Of a DNA stretch of 64,000 nucleotides, positions 58,610 through 64,000 are shown one piece after another. Source of the stretch: Botryllus schlosseri (taxonomy: Eukaryota); NCBI GenBank assembly GCA_051294905.1, contig CM119373.1:8556001-8620000 (forward strand), read 5' to 3'. Under the pieces are notes generated by a model, which saw only the letters and a program-made list of their open reading frames with translations, had not been told where the DNA came from and made no database searches. The stretch's first letter is position 1. Each line of letters opens with the position of its first letter. The position numbers and the translations under genes were made by a program.

Positions 58610-60600
58610 ATGGATCGCGACGGAGAGAGGCCTACATCGCTTGATCTGGTTGTAAAATTGAGCAAACCTTGTAAGAGCTATTAAAAATGATACTGCAACA
58701 CGATATCTTGAAAGAATATCAACATGATATCAAGTGGGTATACCAAAATGGCCCCAAATCTTACAATATTACTTTCAAAACGAACGAATAGACAACAGAA
58801 TGAAGATGTAAAATGAAACAAGAGGCAATATCACCTTCGGAGAGATAGAGAGGAAGCTATATTACCGAGAGATGAACTGTAGTTTCAAATCAGGGCAGTT
58901 CCCACTGAAATAAAAGACTGAGAAAGTCCATGAATCCCTAGCAGTACCGTCTGGAATAGAAGAAGCAGGAAGTCCATGAATACCTAGAAGGCCTAAACTG
59001 ACAAAATTGTGAGAGTGAAGAGTCTCGTACAATTGAGTGTAATTGTGGTAGAGACCACAGGGACACTCATTTCTACAACGGTTACAGGAAAATGGCCGTC
59101 GAAAATTACAAATAGGGTATTTCCTCCATTAGAAGAACGAACAACTGCACCAAATGCTTGAAGAATGGGCGTAATGCTGAGGCCTGCAAAAAAGTAATAG
59201 TATACAGATACTGCAACGAGAGTGGGCATATCCAGTACAAACGCCTCAAAAAAGGATCTAGACTTCCCAACAATCCGGAAATATGAATAAACGACGAAAG
59301 TGGAAAGAAAACGAAGCATCATCAACTGATCACGAAAACAAAACGATGAACGCAGCACAAGAGAACAAACAACAGAAAGAAATGACCGCACAGGAAAACA
59401 AAACCGATCAAACACGGAAACAGATGACTCGAATATGTAACTGTAATTGATACAAATGAAATTGGCCTAGAGCTGTCATCACGCGGCCCTGACTCGGAGG
59501 TAACTGATCAGACGTACAGGTGAATAAGCCACACCTGTCAGATTCAGACACAGATGATTCACAATATAGAAGGAATAAAAACATAACAAACATATTTTCG
59601 ACACCGAAACAGAAAAAATCAAACAAGAAAAATCATAAGAAAGCAGGGTACAGTGATCAAAATAAACGCAGCTTTCAATCGCGTCCATAAATGTAAGGTG
59701 CAGATAGGAATTGGAAAAAGTCGAGTTTCACTAGGAACAAAAACTATAGATAACATTATCTGCTTACAAGAGACACGCTAAATTAATACTATGATCATTT
59801 ACACCAGCTTATTCTTATTCCGTAGCTGCATACTTCTGGGCTCGTTCCGACGTTGACCTCTGCGATCCATTTTGTCTTCAGCTAGGTGGTGACTAGGCCA
59901 CCCCTGAACTAGTTAAGACCAGTATGTAAAATCACAGCGATCCCAGAGGTTTACAATATTTTCAAATCTTGGCATAAAGGATCAAGTATATAGCTGTATG
60001 ATCAGCCTTTTTCACCAGTGAACTTTTAACAATTATAGCAGGCTTGAGAGATATTTCATCTCGACATTACACAACAAAATATTGTTAACTTTATGCACTA
60101 CTCTGGAACCTCGAAAGTTCCAGAGGATTACGTAACATGCTGCGATCAGATTTGAAAAAAGGATGGTCAATGAATGAATGGATACTGGATAGTTCCATTA
60201 CAAAAATGGTGCAGTGAGCCATTACAACATAAAACATCGTACTTACAGCAGCAGGTTCTTCAGAGAATGCAAACCAAATCCCGTAGGTCAATTCAACTTG
60301 GCCAATCCATCCCTTTAACAAAAAAACAGGATGCCATCATTGATGACGTCACGGTCAGTAGATGCTGAAATATCATTCAATTCGCATTATAAAGCTGGAT
60401 GCCATTAAACACGAATACATTGTCCTTGATTTGGCCAGGATTCAGAAATTCTTTTACCAGCGCTATCGACTGGCTTTCTAGGCTTAATCCACTGGCATGC
60501 AACATCGGGGCGTGTTGTTTTTGCATAAACAAAGAAGAACCGCAGCCATATATGGTGGCACTGGAATTGGTCATTTGGACAGCCTGTTCGTGACTGATCT
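58610..60600 (+). mobile_element. Degenerate, internally deleted non-LTR retrotransposon (L1/Tx1-like)
   Basis: ORF1 relic with two decayed CCHC knuckles (CTKCLKNGRNAEAC at ~59146; YRYCNESGHIQYKR at ~59203); ORF2 APE motifs SIASINVR (~59675) and IICLQET (~59755); C-terminal CCFCINKEE zinc-finger-like motif (~60513); many stops and frameshifts. Confidence 0.75.
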
Positions 60601-61563
60601 TCTGGTAAGTGGATCCGAGTCAATAAGATGCCCAGGGTTTTGTTACTCAATTACATGTAACGATCGATTTCATTAAAGATGCGCTTAAGTCGTTTTCATG
60701 CTTATTGGTTCACACAGTCTAATCGATTTTATTGATTTTGACCAGCATCTCCTGCAATGCCATATTTGTTCCCGAAGCTATAGGTCTATTACTCACGTTT
60801 GCAGCAGCCGTACCATTGTAATATTGAATAAATCCGTTGGTTCCATTGTTTACATCGCGGTTTGGACACTTAGCTTGGGATCTTGTTTAGTCTTCCAATT
60901 TTGTACTTGACCGATATTCGGCGAAGTAGATTTTGCTGTGGCGCGTTCCTTTCTTGACTTCTCAGCCAGCTTGCTATTAATTGGAACAATATGCTTCGGC
61001 CAGTCGTGCGAGGAATTCGTGGCATGGTTGTCATTCGCGTGCCTTTTACGTGAGTCGTGAATTCCTCTTGATCGTTTCTTGGAACAAAAGACAACGGTCG
61101 ATCAGGTTTATTAATATTTCCATCGTTACAAAACCGTTTTAAAACATCACAAGACTGCGATACAATGAAAAGATAGGAAGGTGTCGAAACAACTTGGAGT
61201 AGCCTTTAATGTCAGACACCCACCTTAGCCTAGGCGAAGTAAAGAAGAGATAGAGAGAGAGTGAGAGAGATCACGAACAATACTTACGTAATCAAATTCT
61301 TCGTCGACAATGGCGTTAAACGCAACTGATGCTTCGCCTTCAAAGGAGTATTTTTCCTTTTTTAAATCATCTACACAGATGATGAAAAATGATTTTCATC
61401 ATTATAAATTGAAGGCGGCTGTCACCCAGTTGGGCGAGAACATCAAGGATTTCTTAACTGAAACGATGAAGAGAATATTTTTGTAAATTATGGCAAAAAA
61501 AAACTACATATTTTTTGAAATACGCAGCAAGCATATGCGAGTTGAAAGCACTCATATTTATAA

Positions 61564-61914
61564 TAGGGTTAGCATACGTCCTCTTTTAAGAGGATTGTCC
61601 TCTTTTTTGAAAGTGTCCTCGGAGGACGCCCTTTTGTTCTCTTTTTTGAGATTTTGTCCTCTTTTTGAAAATTTAGGTCACATTTAGGGCAAAATGCGAG
61701 TGGATATGCCGTAAGTTAGCACAGAAGTGACGCTCCGGCGGGTATTTCGTAGTGAAAAACGGTGATTTGAGCTCTCAGCGAAAAGTATACCTTTTTTAGT
61801 CAACCGATCACAAAGTGGGAAATTCACCGATTTTTGAGAATTCTTCTCCGGTTTTGCAAGTCTCAAATTTCTGAAATAGTGTCCTCTTTAGATTTCCAAA
61901 ATATGGTAAGCATA
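61564..61914. mobile_element. TAGGGTTACC-family MITE
   Basis: Homologous to 54096-54533; TSD ATTTATAA/AATTATAA. Confidence 0.82.
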
Positions 61915-62148
61915 AATTATAATAAGCACCATCACAATGCACTACTGGGTTAACTTATCAACCGACGTTGAATTGACCGGATATCCGGATATAATTAGGC
62001 CGGTTAGCCGTACAACTTGTTATCTTCGCACCTACGCTATACACTTTTACATACGTTAACGAAGTCTATGTACGTATATTAGTATTACCGTTGAACGCGA
62101 TTAAAACACTCTTCATTCATCTATTGCTCAGTGTCAAGCTATATAGTC

Positions 62149-63396
62149 CAGTGGTTCTCAACCTTTTTCGCTTCGCGGACCGGTAAAATTTCAAAAAATG
62201 TCTAGCGGACCGGTGAACTTTCAAAATTGAAATGAAGTCAAAATGTAAAGTATGCAACCGTATTTTGCAATTATATGGTGCTAGAAAGTGACATTTAGAG
62301 GGTTTTGATCGTATTTAATTATATTCATGATGGCATCCATGTGATTTTATGGTAGTGAGTCTGCCAAGTCGAGGTAAGCCTTGCCAGATAAACGTGCTAC
62401 CGCCGAGAGTCGTTTAAAATCTTTCGCGCCGAAGGCCGTGCGATTAAGCGACCACGCCAACTCCAATAATATTCTTCTCTTTGACAGTATCGAGAGAAGA
62501 AGCGTATCGGAGTCGAACCAAGCATCTTGTGCTGTGCTATCTTGCTCATTGCCCACTGCCACCAGACACAGGCTACTCTGCCAACTACTAATACAATTCG
62601 TGTCGCAAGAAAACACATTACAGAAGCTATACCGGCCATTCGCAAATCCGGGACGAAATAGCACTTCTTCAGCCCACTCCCAAAAACGTTGGTCTTGGGG
62701 CCCCCATAGGTCGATAATGCCAAACTTCCGGGGATTCGCTCCCATAACCTACAGTTGGGTGGATATTTGGCCTGTACTTGTGATCACATCCATTCTACTC
62801 AGCGTAAGCAGAGAGTTTACGTAACTGATCGCGCCAACGGCGAATATTTTCGATCATTCACGACTGACGCGGTTTTATCGTGACCGAATTTTTAGTCCAC
62901 CTGACGCCGAAATGCCTATAAATCATGCGTATTTCTCGGAGAAGGGCACCTAATAAGTTAGACAGTTAGGCACACTAATTTGTGCAAAGCGCGAAAAGAT
63001 ATTGAAAAACGTTGGAAAATGTTTCAAATAAATACGCTTTATGTTCATTGGCGAAATAATTTTGGGCCCTTTCCAAGCTCGGCCCCTCTCCAATTAAGTG
63101 GTTTGGGGTGCTCCAGTTACGGTCCTGCACAAAATGAATGAATCGAAAACCAATGACCAAACTGCGCTGCTCAGCTCGTATCTGTTCTGTACTTGTCGCT
63201 CGTATGTCGTCAAATGAAAGGCCTTGAACTCTAAGTCAAATCGAACATGTTTCCAGCCCTAATGTTAACCTCACGAAGTTATGAATCAATTTGATGTTTT
63301 ATTTATTTCATCAATAGACAGGCCTTCAACATTGCATCTTGAAATTAAAGTATAAAATTGTAATATACCTGGCGGACCGGCGGTTGAGAACCACTG
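62149..63396. mobile_element. hAT non-autonomous element (CAGTGGTTCTCAACC TIR, GCGGACCGG motifs)
   Basis: Perfect 15-bp TIRs; left flank ATATAGTC, right flank ATAT+ATATAGCC (TSD with AT slippage). Confidence 0.8.
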
Positions 63397-63413
63397 ATAT
63401 ATATAGCCTATCC

Positions 63414-63575
63414 CAGTGCTTTTCAACCTGTGTGACGGTTCGCACTGGTGCGAATGAAAAAAATTGCAGTGCGAACGACGAAGGTGGTGCGAATAGTGCG
63501 AATGGAAATCAGGATCAAGTGCGAATGACGAAGGTGGTGCGAATGAAAATCCGGATCAAGTGCGAATGAAAATCG
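63414..63575. repeat. hAT-like left end followed by clustered GTGCGAA(T) motifs
   Basis: CAGTGCTTTTCAACC start; about 7 GTGCGAA copies with duplicated GACGAAGGTGGTGCGAAT and GGATCAAGTGCGAATG blocks. Confidence 0.6.
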
Positions 63576-63978
63576 TGGGTAATTTAGTTAGCTTTTCTGA
63601 CGTGGAATAATTCAAACAAACCTTATAGGGAATTTCAGGTCAGTGTACATTTGTATTGCGACGCAATTGAAAAACTTAATACGACGCACCACTAATCTTA
63701 GCTCTCACAATCAGTAGTGAATTAATATTCCCGTACTATAATTATTACGTAACCAAAAGCCTGGTTTGGAAGCTGGTGTAGTTGCAGTATAGAGATCTCT
63801 ACAATCTCTATAGTGGCAAACATACGGTAGTATATCGGCCCGTCTGAGTCTGCGAAAGGCTGGAAATATTTCTTCAAATTGACTTCCTACTTTCTTTCGC
63901 CTAACAATCATCATATCTTCGTAGTATCTGTTCGATTAGCGCGAGGTACGAAGATAATTCCTTAAAGTTTATGAATAG

Positions 63979-64000
63979 GTGGCGAGATAGCGCAGCGGTA
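63979..64000 (+). mobile_element. 5' head of a third SINE family 1 copy (cut by window end)
   Basis: GTGGCGAGATAGCGCAGCGGTA differs by one base from the head at 7649. Confidence 0.6.

Noticed and set aside
62347-62824. Overlapping 132, 147 and 108-aa ORFs as a transposase inside the hAT element
   Set aside because: No hAT or other motif recognised; open frames on both strands in a locally GC-richer segment. A B-box-like GGTTCGACTCC on the minus strand hints at a SINE fragment, but I could not delimit it.
39170-64000. A third CYP paralog or other host gene upstream
   Set aside because: No P450 motifs or coherent exon chain found by eye; small exons of an unrelated gene cannot be excluded without RNA-seq

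Overview
AT-rich, repeat-dense eukaryotic (invertebrate chordate, probably ascidian) genomic DNA; the short ORFs in the ORF track are almost all non-coding noise or exon/transposon fragments. The window holds two tandem cytochrome P450 clan-3 (CYP3-like) genes on the minus strand. Gene 1 is complete: 13 GT-AG exons from 39169 to 10240, 1524 nt, 507 aa, with WxxxR, AGYETT, ExxR and FGAGPRNC motifs. Only exons 1-3 of gene 2 (4627-1254) are inside the window. Introns and intergenic DNA are packed with datable transposons, many with intact target-site duplications (TSDs): several hAT MITE families (8-bp TSDs), a piggyBac MITE (TTAA), tRNA-derived SINEs (13-bp TSDs), a degenerate L1/Tx1-type LINE, a Penelope-like fragment and a Buster-type transposase remnant. 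Highlights: (i) three copies of a minimal type-I hammerhead ribozyme motif with a palindromic stem III and a conserved 7-bp loop-II/5'-leader pairing; (ii) a 3.0-kb Merlin-like element with apparently identical 442-bp TIRs carrying a 30-bp GAAA-hairpin array; (iii) a 3.3-kb foldback element whose arms continue inward as two convergent paralogous coding relics; (iv) two MITEs inserted in tandem at the same 8-bp target just upstream of CYP gene 2.
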